A stretch of 64,000 nt of DNA, taken from assembly GCA_963707865.1 (NCBI GenBank), contig OY970175.1, positions 556,011 to 620,010 on the forward strand, given 5' to 3'. How positions within the stretch are numbered: position 1 is the first letter of the stretch; the number at the start of each line of letters is the position of its first letter. A program made the position numbers and the translations under genes. Under the pieces are notes generated by a model, which was given only the letters and a program-made list of their open reading frames with translations, did not search any database and was not told the DNA's origin. Source of the stretch: an uncultured bacterium. GTDB lineage: Bacteria; Patescibacteriota; Minisyncoccia; UBA6257; 2-01-FULL-56-20. Positions 48,133-57,209 of this stretch are shown here, piece after piece.

Positions 48133-51100
48133 TTATAGTATATCGCTTTCCGCAACCTTTCTGATGGCCGCCCGCGTCTTCGGACCCAAATATCCCGAAA
48201 CGGGCGTGATTTTTTCTCCCGTCTGATACTCCTTGAGCGCGTTTGTGGTAAAGGCGCCGAAGAAGCCGGTCGGCCCAACCGCGGCGAGCGAGCGCGCCGC
48301 CCGACCGCCGCCGGTTATGAGAAACACCTGGAGCGCCCAGACGTCATTGCCCTTCGCGCCCACGGACAAGGGTCTCCTGGAATTCATGGACGCAAAAAGC
48401 TTGGCGGCGAGGAGTCGCAATCGGGCAAACAATTCAGCGAGCGATGGGACGACGCTTACCGTTGTTGAGGCGCCCAGCACCTGCGGATTGGGCGCACCCG
48501 GAGCAGGGTACGTTGCGCCACTACTACTTCCCTCGCCACCACCGCCACCACTTGCGCCGGTTGTGCCGGTGCCACCTCCACCTCCGCCCGCGCTGTTACT
48601 GCCGCTGCTGTTGTCACCACCGCCACCATTACTACTCACACTGCCACTGTTATCATCACTGCTTGCGCCGTAAGTGGTGCCGCTGGTCCCACCCCCATTA
48701 TTCCCTCCACTATTATCTTCCCCGCTTCCTGTATCTTCCCCATTCTCTGTCCCCCCGCCTCCCGCGCCACCACCGGCATCCGCAGGCGCAACCACCTGAA
48801 AATCAATTTCATAAATCCGCGGGTTTCCCGCCTTGTCAAATGCGGTGATGATCAAAACGTTTTTACCAACATCCTTGAACATCACTATTTCACCATTCGC
48901 GACCGGATTGCCGTTCAACGTTGCCGTCGTAGTCGCAACGCCGGACCCGGCATCCGTCGCGCTGAAATAAAGCGTCGTCGTGCTGTTCTGGAATACCTCC
49001 GCAGGAATAGTCGGCGGGACGATCTCCGGAGGCGTTACATCGGCGATCGCTTCGGCGGCTGAAGTGGTTGCGGTAAGAACCGCAGTCGGCGAGCTTGTCG
49101 CGTCGACATTGCCATCGCCATCATTATCAATCGCGAGCGAAAGATCACCGTCAAAACCGGAGAAGTCCAGTTCCGCCGTTGCGCTCACGTTTTGGAGCGG
49201 CACCGAAACATACGTCGCGGTATCGGTTACCTGATCTGTGGTACGCTTCTTCACCTTTACGGTGGCGAGTGTTGTCGTAGTGGTTGTTTTGGCGGTGCTC
49301 GTAGCGGTGGTACTCGTGTCGGTGGTACTCGTGTCGGTGGTACTCGTGGCAGCCGAGCCAGATGTGGCAGATGTGCCAGTCGTGCTCGAAGCGTTCGCGG
49401 CGGTGCTTATCTTTCGCTTTGTCACTTCCACCTTATAGGTGCTCGTGCTCAAAGAAGCGCCCGTGCCGAGAGAAGTGCTCGTGCTCGCCGGCACCGTGAC
49501 GAACGTGTTGTCGCCGATGACATCGTAGCTGCTCCCCGGAATGCTCACCTCCACGGAACCGTCATATAAAATTCCCGTATGAAGCCCCGTCGGATCCGAA
49601 ATCTCAAGATCAACGGAGCCGTGCGCGCTGAATTCAAACCAAGCCCCCGTGCCGCCGCCGCCCGCCGTGCCGTCCGTACTTGACGCGTGATGCCATCCCG
49701 CAACGCAATCTGCAAGTGCAGCCGAGATGCCCTGCGGCAGATCAGCGTCGGCGATGGCGCCGTCATCAATAAGAGCCACAATGAGCGAAATGGGGCGGGC
49801 ATCAGCGACGAGTCCCCCATGGTCAATCCCCGTCGCGCCACCGTCCACGAAATAATTATGAAAACTGTCCGCAAGGTTCATGGCGCTCACCTCGGGCACG
49901 GTGCCGTCGCCCGTCGTTTGCGCAACATCCACCACACCGCCGTCGTAAAGATCAAATTCGGAAATGGTCGGCATGCGGCAACCCAAAATGTTGTACACGC
50001 TTGGCGCGCTTGCGGTACTTATGCCGTTTGACGCGCTCACCGGCTGCCCGTCAAGTCCCGCATGGAACGCGGCGGCGGCGTCCAAAAGCGCGGCGTTGCG
50101 GCTGTCCGAAGAATTGCTCGCCATCAGGCGGCGTATCGCATCATAGTCCAAAACCGAGCCGTTGTTTCCATTGCGGAAATCGCGCACATATCCCCCGTTC
50201 ACTTGCACGTACCGCGAACTCGGCAGGAGTTCATAGAGCGACGGCATGTTCTCTGCGATTTTCTTGATCTCGGAAGAATTTAAAATATCAAACGGACCGA
50301 GCGCAACGCCAAGATTATCGCCGTAGTTCAAAACCTTGAAGGCCTTCGGCGCTCCGAGTTGCGGCACGCCGACCAGGACCAGCTTATCCAAAAACGAACT
50401 GCCGGGGCGGTCTCTCAAATACCGATTTATCAAGACGCCGCCCATGCTGTGCGCAACAATATTGATTTTCCCGTCCGGCGACGCCGCGACCGCTTGCTGT
50501 ATTCTCGCGTCAAGCGCGCCTGTCTCCGCATCCATGCCCAGCCGCCAATCATACGGCGCCACAAAAAGATCTTTGTTTTCCACGTATCCATCAGAGACAA
50601 AAGCGTTTATGAGATCGCCGTAAAAATCCTTTTGAACCGCGAGGAAAGAAATTGTGGTCGTGACCGTCCTTAGGATGTCGGGCGCACTCATGGCAATCGT
50701 GGAATGGCCCTGCGCGTCCAACGCAAGATCATCAAGGTACGCATCGTGGGAAAGAACGCCCGCGACGCTCGCCATCTTGCCTATGTTCGGCCACACCTCT
50801 TCCCCATCCGAAACGCGCGCGAGGGCCGATCCCGCGATGCCGGGGACGATGACCACCGGCTCACGCGGTCCGCCGCTGTCAAGCTTCATGAACGGAACGC
50901 CCGCCACGTCCGCCGCATAGCAATAATTGTTGACTTGCCACGTACAGGCATAGGTGGCGCCGGGTGCCGCGGCAATGGACACCGGCCTGCCAAAATCACA
51001 GGAGTTGAAACTCAACGCGTAGTAATCAAATGGATTGATCCTTCCTGCGGCGGTGCCCGCGATGACGCCGGCATAATCGCGCGAGGCGATGGGCGCGCCC

Positions 51101-52335
51101 GAGGCATCGGTCCAATTGCCGAACGCGGCGGGTGGACCATCGGCAGCTTGATAATCGCTGTCGGAATATCCCTGGAGGAGGTAGGCAGGCATACCGCACT
51201 CGGACGAGCCTTCCTGGTACATTGTGAGAGAAAGCGTTGTGCTCCCTGTGCCGCCGAGTGGCTGGCCAAGCTTGATCCGCACCGCAAGCGGACCGAAGGA
51301 CGTCCCCGCTTGAGCGTTGTCGGTACCAATGCTTCCTGATTGATCATTCCAATGGTAGAGATAGTAAGCGCTATTCCCAATTCCAAAATCAACGTCTGCC
51401 GGCGGATCGCTCAAGGTACGCCAGGAAGAAACGTTTCCTTCTTCGTCTGCCGCCCTCGCCTGCCAATGATAACCGCCCGGCGCGAGGCCGCTCACAGAAA
51501 CGGCGGCGCGGACGCCCGGCGCGGCAAACGTGCTCGTCGCGGTGGGCACCCCTTCAAAAGGAACGTTGGAAGGTTCAACCTCAACCTGAAGTTGGAGCGG
51601 CTTTGTGCCCGCGGACTGCGGTACGCCAGAGAAAATAATCGTGGTAGTGGCCAAGCTTCTTTCCACAATCGCCGCCACGCCGTCGGATTCGTATTGGCCA
51701 AGTGACGATGCCGCGATATCCGGAATCACCGTCGGATCCGGCACCCAGATGCCGATGGTGATTGTCTGACCATCCATAAGATTGGACGGCTTACCGTCAT
51801 ACCACCACCCCACTACGTCATACGAACTCCCCGCTTGAAGCGCGTAGGTTGTGGTCGCCCATAACAACGTTTGAGAATTCAAGATAGCCCATGCCGAGGT
51901 CGTCGCCGTTCCCCGAAACTGCACAGCACCGCCATCCCCAGGAGGGTCAAGCGCGGCCCTGTTATCGTGAGAAAAGACAAACGAAGTCCCGGTCTCCTGC
52001 CCGTTGTACAGCTCGCTCGTCACGATCGCCGGGTCGTCAATGGAAATCCCGTATGCCTCGGCGATGTCCTTGTCCGGCGTAAAAGTGACAAAAAACTCAT
52101 TGTCCGCGCAGGGGCGGCCCGTCACGGAACAGCTCCGAAAGTTATGGTACAGATGGAATGTTACCTCCTGCGTGAAAACCTCCCGATATCCCGTGGGATC
52201 GTTGAAATAATGCCCGGAATAGCCGCGGCCGTAATCGGTGATAACCGCAGCGTGAGCGAAAAGAGAAGGCGGGAACATTAACCATGCGCTACAGGCCCCG
52301 CCGAGCGCACAGACAAAGAAAATAATCTTTTGCAT
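48133..52335 (-). CDS. Large secreted multidomain protein: LCAT/PGAP1-like lipase domain, low-complexity linkers, C-terminal peptidoglycan-binding domain
   Basis: Signal peptide; VVIVPGIAGS, PYDWR, AHSMGG, GVPQLGA, GDGTVP; GNDVWALQVFL...TGFFGAFT...GYLGPKTRA. Confidence 0.85.
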   Translation of the reverse strand: MQKIIFFVCALGGACSAWLMFPPSLFAHAAVITDYGRGYSGHYFNDPTGYREVFTQEVTFHLYHNFRSCSVTGRPCADNEFFVTFTPDKDIAEAYGISIDDPAIVTSELYNGQETGTSFVFSHDNRAALDPPGDGGAVQFRGTATTSAWAILNSQTLLWATTTYALQAGSSYDVVGWWYDGKPSNLMDGQTITIGIWVPDPTVIPDIAASSLGQYESDGVAAIVERSLATTTIIFSGVPQSAGTKPLQLQVEVEPSNVPFEGVPTATSTFAAPGVRAAVSVSGLAPGGYHWQARAADEEGNVSSWRTLSDPPADVDFGIGNSAYYLYHWNDQSGSIGTDNAQAGTSFGPLAVRIKLGQPLGGTGSTTLSLTMYQEGSSECGMPAYLLQGYSDSDYQAADGPPAAFGNWTDASGAPIASRDYAGVIAGTAAGRINPFDYYALSFNSCDFGRPVSIAAAPGATYACTWQVNNYCYAADVAGVPFMKLDSGGPREPVVIVPGIAGSALARVSDGEEVWPNIGKMASVAGVLSHDAYLDDLALDAQGHSTIAMSAPDILRTVTTTISFLAVQKDFYGDLINAFVSDGYVENKDLFVAPYDWRLGMDAETGALDARIQQAVAASPDGKINIVAHSMGGVLINRYLRDRPGSSFLDKLVLVGVPQLGAPKAFKVLNYGDNLGVALGPFDILNSSEIKKIAENMPSLYELLPSSRYVQVNGGYVRDFRNGNNGSVLDYDAIRRLMASNSSDSRNAALLDAAAAFHAGLDGQPVSASNGISTASAPSVYNILGCRMPTISEFDLYDGGVVDVAQTTGDGTVPEVSAMNLADSFHNYFVDGGATGIDHGGLVADARPISLIVALIDDGAIADADLPQGISAALADCVAGWHHASSTDGTAGGGGTGAWFEFSAHGSVDLEISDPTGLHTGILYDGSVEVSIPGSSYDVIGDNTFVTVPASTSTSLGTGASLSTSTYKVEVTKRKISTAANASSTTGTSATSGSAATSTTDTSTTDTSTTATSTAKTTTTTTLATVKVKKRTTDQVTDTATYVSVPLQNVSATAELDFSGFDGDLSLAIDNDGDGNVDATSSPTAVLTATTSAAEAIADVTPPEIVPPTIPAEVFQNSTTTLYFSATDAGSGVATTTATLNGNPVANGEIVMFKDVGKNVLIITAFDKAGNPRIYEIDFQVVAPADAGGGAGGGGTENGEDTGSGEDNSGGNNGGGTSGTTYGASSDDNSGSVSSNGGGGDNSSGSNSAGGGGGGTGTTGASGGGGGEGSSSGATYPAPGAPNPQVLGASTTVSVVPSLAELFARLRLLAAKLFASMNSRRPLSVGAKGNDVWALQVFLITGGGRAARSLAAVGPTGFFGAFTTNALKEYQTGEKITPVSGYLGPKTRAAIRKVAESDIL
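49305..49348. repeat. 15-bp tandem repeat (about 3 copies) encoding TSTTD
   Basis: cggtggtactcgtgt x2 plus a third copy differing at the last base. Confidence 0.9.
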
Positions 52336-52393
52336 GCCCGCAATCGTAGCACGGCGGGCATTAAAATCTTTTTAAAGAACGCTTGACGGGGTA

Positions 52394-54019
52394 TTATCGC
52401 AGATAGTTTTGTAACACCGCCGAGCCGGGAGTGATCGCCATAGCTCGTATCCATTCGTCCGCTGCCGCCGCGCGGTCCTGCGCGGGAATGTCGCCCGCGC
52501 GAACAAAAGGACTGATATAGCGATACGCGAATGCGTCAATCAGAGATTTGTTTTGCGGATCGTCGCGCGCGAGGATGATCGCCGTGTCGTCCCAGTAGAC
52601 GAGTTTGAATCCCAGCTTGCCGGTAAGCCGCGCCGTGAGATTGCCCACGAGGTTCACAAGTGGCGGTTCATACCAAAGGATAAAGTAATTGACCCGATAT
52701 TTTTGGTTGACGAGGGCTTCCCAGCCGGGCGCCGTCGTCATGATCGAAACATAATCGTCCGCGGGGGTTCCCGCATACACATCGTCCCGACTGTCGATGA
52801 AAACCGGCGTTTGCGGCCAGAGCTTCCAGATAAGATAGCCCCCGAAAGACGCATCGTCAAAAACCGGGCCTTGGATATTTTGTTTTTGGATGAACTGCAC
52901 GGCGTTTACGGGAAGCTGATCAGCATTCACTGCGGGAATCGTCCGGGCCCGCGCGATGCCATAAGCCACCACAAGGAAAATAAAAAGTAAAATGGTGAGG
53001 CTGGGAATTATTGATTTCAAAAGGGCCACGCGGGGGAATTTCTTTTCAACACAATAGATGAAGATGGGGAACGTGATAAGCGGGAAAAATCCGACGTGGC
53101 GTATGGAAACGATGGGTAGGACGACCGCGACGAGAAGAAGGAAGAACGCTGGCCAGTCAACCACGCGGTATGGTATCCACCGATCATTTTCCCAGAGAAG
53201 GGTGTAGGTACAAAAGAAGAAAACCAGGAGTGCGAGCACAAGAAAACTCCACGCTTGCCAGGTAATGAGATAGTCGAGAAGCGAGCGCCATTCCTCAACG
53301 CCCAATTGCTGCACGGTCGGGCCAATAATGGAGGAATAGGCGAGCAGGCGCCAGCCATTGGGATTCACGAGCGTTACGGCAAAGGAAAGCGCGCCGATCA
53401 AAGCCAGGCGTATGCGGTCCGCCCACCGCAGTGCGAAAAAGATGAAGCCATGTAAAAGATAAAGTCCGGCGATGCCGATGCCGAGAATGACGCTGGCATG
53501 CATGTTGGCCCATACGAGGAGCACGAGCGGGATCGCAATGAGGAACCGAAAATCTTTGCTGCCGCGCCATGTTTCAAAAATAAAAATGGTGAGGGCGGCA
53601 AAAAAGTAGCTGAAGATCTGCGGCCGCGCTACCCACAGTTCGTAGGTAAGCAAACCGTAGGGAATAAGAATGACGGCGGCAAGCGGCACGTTCCGGCTTT
53701 TCCGGAATGCAGTAAGAAGGACGATGCCGTACGTAAGGAGACTTACGAGCGCGACGAGCGCGATAAGCCCCCCACCGGCTCCGGCGCGGTAAGCAAAATA
53801 AAAAGCGACGTCTGAGAGCCAATAATGATTGATCCATAGCGCGCCTGGCGCAGTATAAGAAAAAATATCGTGCGTGGGAACAAAACCGTGCGTTACGATG
53901 AAGGCACCATTCTCTAGATGGTAGCCGGTGTCGAAGTCGCCGATCGTATTGAGCGAAAGAAGAAAAACGGCCGCGAGCACTGCGGCGACGAGCAGGCCGT
54001 ACCCAAGCTTCCGGTTCAT
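52394..54019 (-). CDS. Polytopic membrane protein, GT-C glycosyltransferase-like
   Basis: About 12 TM; DFDTGYHLENG, RPQIFS, WANMH, NPNG, GGYLIW...FIDSR. Confidence 0.7.
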   Translation of the reverse strand: MNRKLGYGLLVAAVLAAVFLLSLNTIGDFDTGYHLENGAFIVTHGFVPTHDIFSYTAPGALWINHYWLSDVAFYFAYRAGAGGGLIALVALVSLLTYGIVLLTAFRKSRNVPLAAVILIPYGLLTYELWVARPQIFSYFFAALTIFIFETWRGSKDFRFLIAIPLVLLVWANMHASVILGIGIAGLYLLHGFIFFALRWADRIRLALIGALSFAVTLVNPNGWRLLAYSSIIGPTVQQLGVEEWRSLLDYLITWQAWSFLVLALLVFFFCTYTLLWENDRWIPYRVVDWPAFFLLLVAVVLPIVSIRHVGFFPLITFPIFIYCVEKKFPRVALLKSIIPSLTILLFIFLVVAYGIARARTIPAVNADQLPVNAVQFIQKQNIQGPVFDDASFGGYLIWKLWPQTPVFIDSRDDVYAGTPADDYVSIMTTAPGWEALVNQKYRVNYFILWYEPPLVNLVGNLTARLTGKLGFKLVYWDDTAIILARDDPQNKSLIDAFAYRYISPFVRAGDIPAQDRAAAADEWIRAMAITPGSAVLQNYLR

Positions 54020-54057
54020 TAGTCTAGTATACCAATCCTAATGATACGAAATGTTGT

Positions 54058-54132
54058 TGGTGCGCGTGGTAGGAATCGAACCTACGACCTCGTCTTTATC
54101 AGAGACGCGTTCTGCCACTGAACTACACGCGC
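54058..54132 (-). tRNA. tRNA-Ile (GAU)
   Basis: GCGCGTG...CGTCT-CTGATAA-AGACG...GTAGG-TTCGATT-CCTAC-CACGCGC-A-CCA; full 75-nt cloverleaf with encoded CCA. Confidence 0.96.
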
Positions 54133-54261
54133 AATATCTTCTTTTTTACATCACAACTATTCAAACTGCAAGCGTTGCAGCGAGGGGGCGGGGCACAGAC
54201 ATGGACGAGCTTCGAACTATCTCGAGCCGACTCCTTAATACCCCGGCTGAGATGGAAACTT

Positions 54262-54828
54262 TTACTTATACGTGAGTTCACTGAAAGTAATTACCGTAAT
54301 GCTGTCCAAATCATAGCCATAATGCCGAAAGACCTCTCGCGCATCGCCGTCGAACCTCTTTTCCCAGTCCATATCCAATTTGCCGCAAATTTCTCTCAAA
54401 GACTCCACTGATGGTCCTTCTATTTCTGCATAAGCAGGGATTTTGGGCCAGGTATCAATGTCGATAGTAACGCCGTTAAGTTTAAAGGTGTGTCGATATT
54501 TCTCTAGCTGCCTCATTGGCGTTAATCCAATCTTACTTAAAAGCTCAGAACACTTGCCTAAGTCGGATACCTCTAGCTCGATTTCTTGCGCACTATCCAC
54601 TGCCTGCTCCACATTTTCTTTGTACGTCAGCTTTATCTTGTCTTTTGTTTTTCGGAGCCGTACAAATTTCCTTTTCCCGACCCATGACATATCTGCCGCA
54701 TGGAAAATTATTTCTTCAACCTTTTCTTCGTCTTTATCAATGGCACCCAGCAAGGCGATTTTCTGTGCAAGCTGATCTTTATTTATATCGAGGAACCTTG
54801 TTTCTATTTCCTTCTGCATAGCTTTCAT
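54262..54828 (-). CDS. CYTH-domain protein (class IV adenylate cyclase / triphosphate tunnel enzyme)
   Basis: EIETRF, VRLRK, LTYK, EIEL, EKYR, IDIDTWP, AEIEG. Confidence 0.88.
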   Translation of the reverse strand: MKAMQKEIETRFLDINKDQLAQKIALLGAIDKDEEKVEEIIFHAADMSWVGKRKFVRLRKTKDKIKLTYKENVEQAVDSAQEIELEVSDLGKCSELLSKIGLTPMRQLEKYRHTFKLNGVTIDIDTWPKIPAYAEIEGPSVESLREICGKLDMDWEKRFDGDAREVFRHYGYDLDSITVITFSELTYK

Positions 54829-54963
54829 CGTACTAATTTTCAGCGTTTAACACAAAACATTAACGCGCACGGGAGTGGACGATTTTCGAACGATTTTGGC
54901 TTTTAGCCAAAAACAGGCCTGTTTTGTTGATACTTGACAACAAAGTTAATCATATAGTAAACG

Positions 54964-55172
54964 TGCTGGTGGACTCCGGCTGGGAGCGCAGTAGAAGCTT
55001 CCCGGGGAGGTATACTAGCGTTGCTGTACCTTGTTGCAGTGTTGGTCGGACCGTTGTTAGACGCCAGATCCGAGAGGCCCAATGGTGGAGAGCGAAAGCT
55101 CATCGAAACCGGGCCTTCGGATCTGGCCATTATAATCAAAGGCTTCGCACATCGCGAAGCGCTTTGTTTTTT
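54964..55172 (+). ncRNA. Candidate ~210-nt structured RNA
   Basis: TTGACA at 54934-54939 (weak -10); stem 55063-55080/55111-55127 with a GAGC-GAAA-GCTC hairpin; terminator 55137-55172. Confidence 0.45.
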
Positions 55173-55382
55173 AGGAATACAATCATCAAATTTCAGCGCA
55201 CAAATGAGGATTCGAACATAAGCTATTAAAGAGAGGGACTATCCAAGGGGATCGGACCTTGCGCAGCACCCCGACCCCCGGTCTGGGAAACCCACGGTTT
55301 CCCACCCGCCAGCCATAGTTCACTGCGAACTACGGCTGGCTCCTTCCTATACGGGGTGCTGCTCCGGTCCGCTCCCAACAAA

Positions 55383-55548
55383 ACAGACAAGCAGGCAGAG
55401 TATATTTTGAGAGGACCGCGCAGCCCCGCTCGGCTCGGTCCGAAATGCCATTGCGCGCATTTCGGCGAGCGGGGCGAGCGCCAAGAAAAAATTGCCGCTG
55501 GAGCAATTTTATTCTGTCTCTCAAAATATACTCTGCCTGCTTGTCTGT
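55383..55548. repeat. Perfect 31-bp inverted repeat enclosing nested hairpins
   Basis: acagacaagcaggcagagtatattttgagag (55383-55413) / ctctcaaaatatactctgcctgcttgtctgt (55518-55548). Confidence 0.95.
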
Positions 55549-55766
55549 GCCCCCTCTCGGTCTTGGACCTTTTCGGGAGCAACCTAGCAAGCGTTTCCGA
55601 GGGTCTTCTTCTCCTCTTGTTTGAAGCCTCACGGTCGCTAGGCTCGGGAAATACTATAAGGCATTTTCAGAGATTTTGGTAGGGCTGACGCCTCACGGTC
55701 GCCTCTGCATTGGTGCTTCGTAAATGTTACAAATGTTACACTTTTTTGGCACTTTGGCGTGTAACA

Positions 55767-56267
55767 TTATCTGATCTTTCCGGCCTTATCGCGATCCGGC
55801 TCATGCATGCCGCCTTGAACTGTTTTACGTGCTTCGGCAAAGCTTTTATCATCCGTCGGCGGTGTTGATTTCAATAATTCGTTGTAGCGCTGGTGTAAGT
55901 TTTCTATGGCGATAACCAACGCCTCATCAGTCAGCCTTGTCGACTGCGATTCGCGGAGGAAACGGGCGTCGTGCTTTAATGTCGTGAAATTCTTCGCTGC
56001 TGCGAGATGATCTTGGTATGTTTTGTTGGGATTTAGAACGGCTGTGACCGCAGACACCGTGGCGGAGAGGATAGTGAACGGCAAAAGCCATTCGCCAAGC
56101 CAATGGACAGCCACAAGCGTGCTCGATAAAGCAGCGCAGATGGCTGGAACAACTTCAAACCAAGTCGCCTTCCTCTTTGCCCAAACGGCGAGGCGATGAT
56201 GGGCCTCCGCCGTATACGTGCAGTTCTGCTGGATAATTCCACACTCTTCTATATATTTTTCTCTCAT
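55767..56267 (-). CDS. SLATT-domain two-TM effector
   Basis: AEAHH, two TM helices ending in VLNP, HLAAAKNF; last gene after the SMODS NTases. Confidence 0.8.
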   Translation of the reverse strand: MREKYIEECGIIQQNCTYTAEAHHRLAVWAKRKATWFEVVPAICAALSSTLVAVHWLGEWLLPFTILSATVSAVTAVLNPNKTYQDHLAAAKNFTTLKHDARFLRESQSTRLTDEALVIAIENLHQRYNELLKSTPPTDDKSFAEARKTVQGGMHEPDRDKAGKIR

Positions 56268-56284
56268 GGTTTTATTTTATAATT

Positions 56285-57205
56285 TTACAGCGTTGCAGGG
56301 AAATGATCCGGAAACAATTCCCTCCACATTTCAATTTTTGTGCCCTGTTGCGGAGCGGCGTTGATACCGCGGATGTAGTTGGCGATCGTGACAAACGTAC
56401 CGCTGAGTTGCCGCGCTTTATCGGGATCGAACACAATGGGCGTCGACTTACTGCCGGGTATTCCAATCGGAGCCGAGAGCTGAGCGGACGCGTCCGCGAA
56501 AAACTCCCGGAGAAGGTCGTGATAAAACACGGACACGTTGTTCGACCTCTTAACCACCACCGAAAGCGGGATGTTCTTCGTCGCAAGTATCTCCAGTGGG
56601 AAAGAATCCATATCCGCGAAATATCTCTGCTTGAGGGCTTTGAGCATTTTGATCGCAGGAATCAAGTATCCCCCGCTCGCCTCGTTCTGTTTTGAAATAT
56701 ACTCGGCTTCGTAATCGTAATCCGCCATCTGCCACGTACCATTCTTAACAACCCAGTAACCACGACCAATGGAACCGAGCTCTCTTCCGGCGGAATCTCT
56801 CCCGATCATATCAATATACGCCGGAACAAGCTGCGCCTGAATTTCATCGGCGTATGTGACGGTAACGGTGGGCGCATCCTGAAAAGGGTTCATGTCGCCA
56901 TACCGGGCGCTTTCATTAACGGTAGAATGCAGCTGATCCAGTGCCGCTTGCGGGGTCACGCCGCCGGATGCCACCCATGCGGTAAACTCTCCTGCGATCA
57001 CGAGAATATCAATATCAAATTTTTTTCCGCTGCCCGGATGAATTCTTGTCTTGCGGGCAACCGAACCGATGAGCTTCGAATCCTTGAAGGACGGGTGGTG
57101 GTTCTGAAGGTATGTCCGCATGGCGGTATGCCGCGTAGAAACGGATTCCGCGAGCGTAGGATCAAGCTCGAGATTACTTTTCAGTTTTAGAAAATATTCG
57201 TGCAT
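56285..57205 (-). CDS. Second SMODS/CD-NTase-like nucleotidyltransferase
   Basis: LIGSVARKTRI...FDIDILV; IKMLKAL; DSFPLE; WRELFPDHFP. Confidence 0.8.
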   Translation of the reverse strand: MHEYFLKLKSNLELDPTLAESVSTRHTAMRTYLQNHHPSFKDSKLIGSVARKTRIHPGSGKKFDIDILVIAGEFTAWVASGGVTPQAALDQLHSTVNESARYGDMNPFQDAPTVTVTYADEIQAQLVPAYIDMIGRDSAGRELGSIGRGYWVVKNGTWQMADYDYEAEYISKQNEASGGYLIPAIKMLKALKQRYFADMDSFPLEILATKNIPLSVVVKRSNNVSVFYHDLLREFFADASAQLSAPIGIPGSKSTPIVFDPDKARQLSGTFVTIANYIRGINAAPQQGTKIEMWRELFPDHFPATL

Positions 57206-57209
57206 GAGG

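Noticed and set aside
48480-49450. Repetitive sequence as a possible CRISPR array or VNTR locus
   Set aside because: In-frame Gly/Ser/Thr linker coding; no repeat-spacer pattern and no cas genes in the window
54051-54275. 74-aa plus-strand ORF
   Set aside because: Antisense to tRNA-Ile
54262-54828. CYTH protein as a dedicated cyclase of the CBASS-like operon
   Set aside because: About 940 bp away, separated by structured regions and bracketed by its own repeats; CYTH proteins are often simple triphosphatases
55080-55112. Hammerhead-like look (stem-GAAA...CGAAAC)
   Set aside because: No CUGANGA core and no stem III
55226-55682. ORFs of 100-118 aa containing TDKQAEYILR on both strands
   Set aside because: Artefact of the 31-bp inverted repeat
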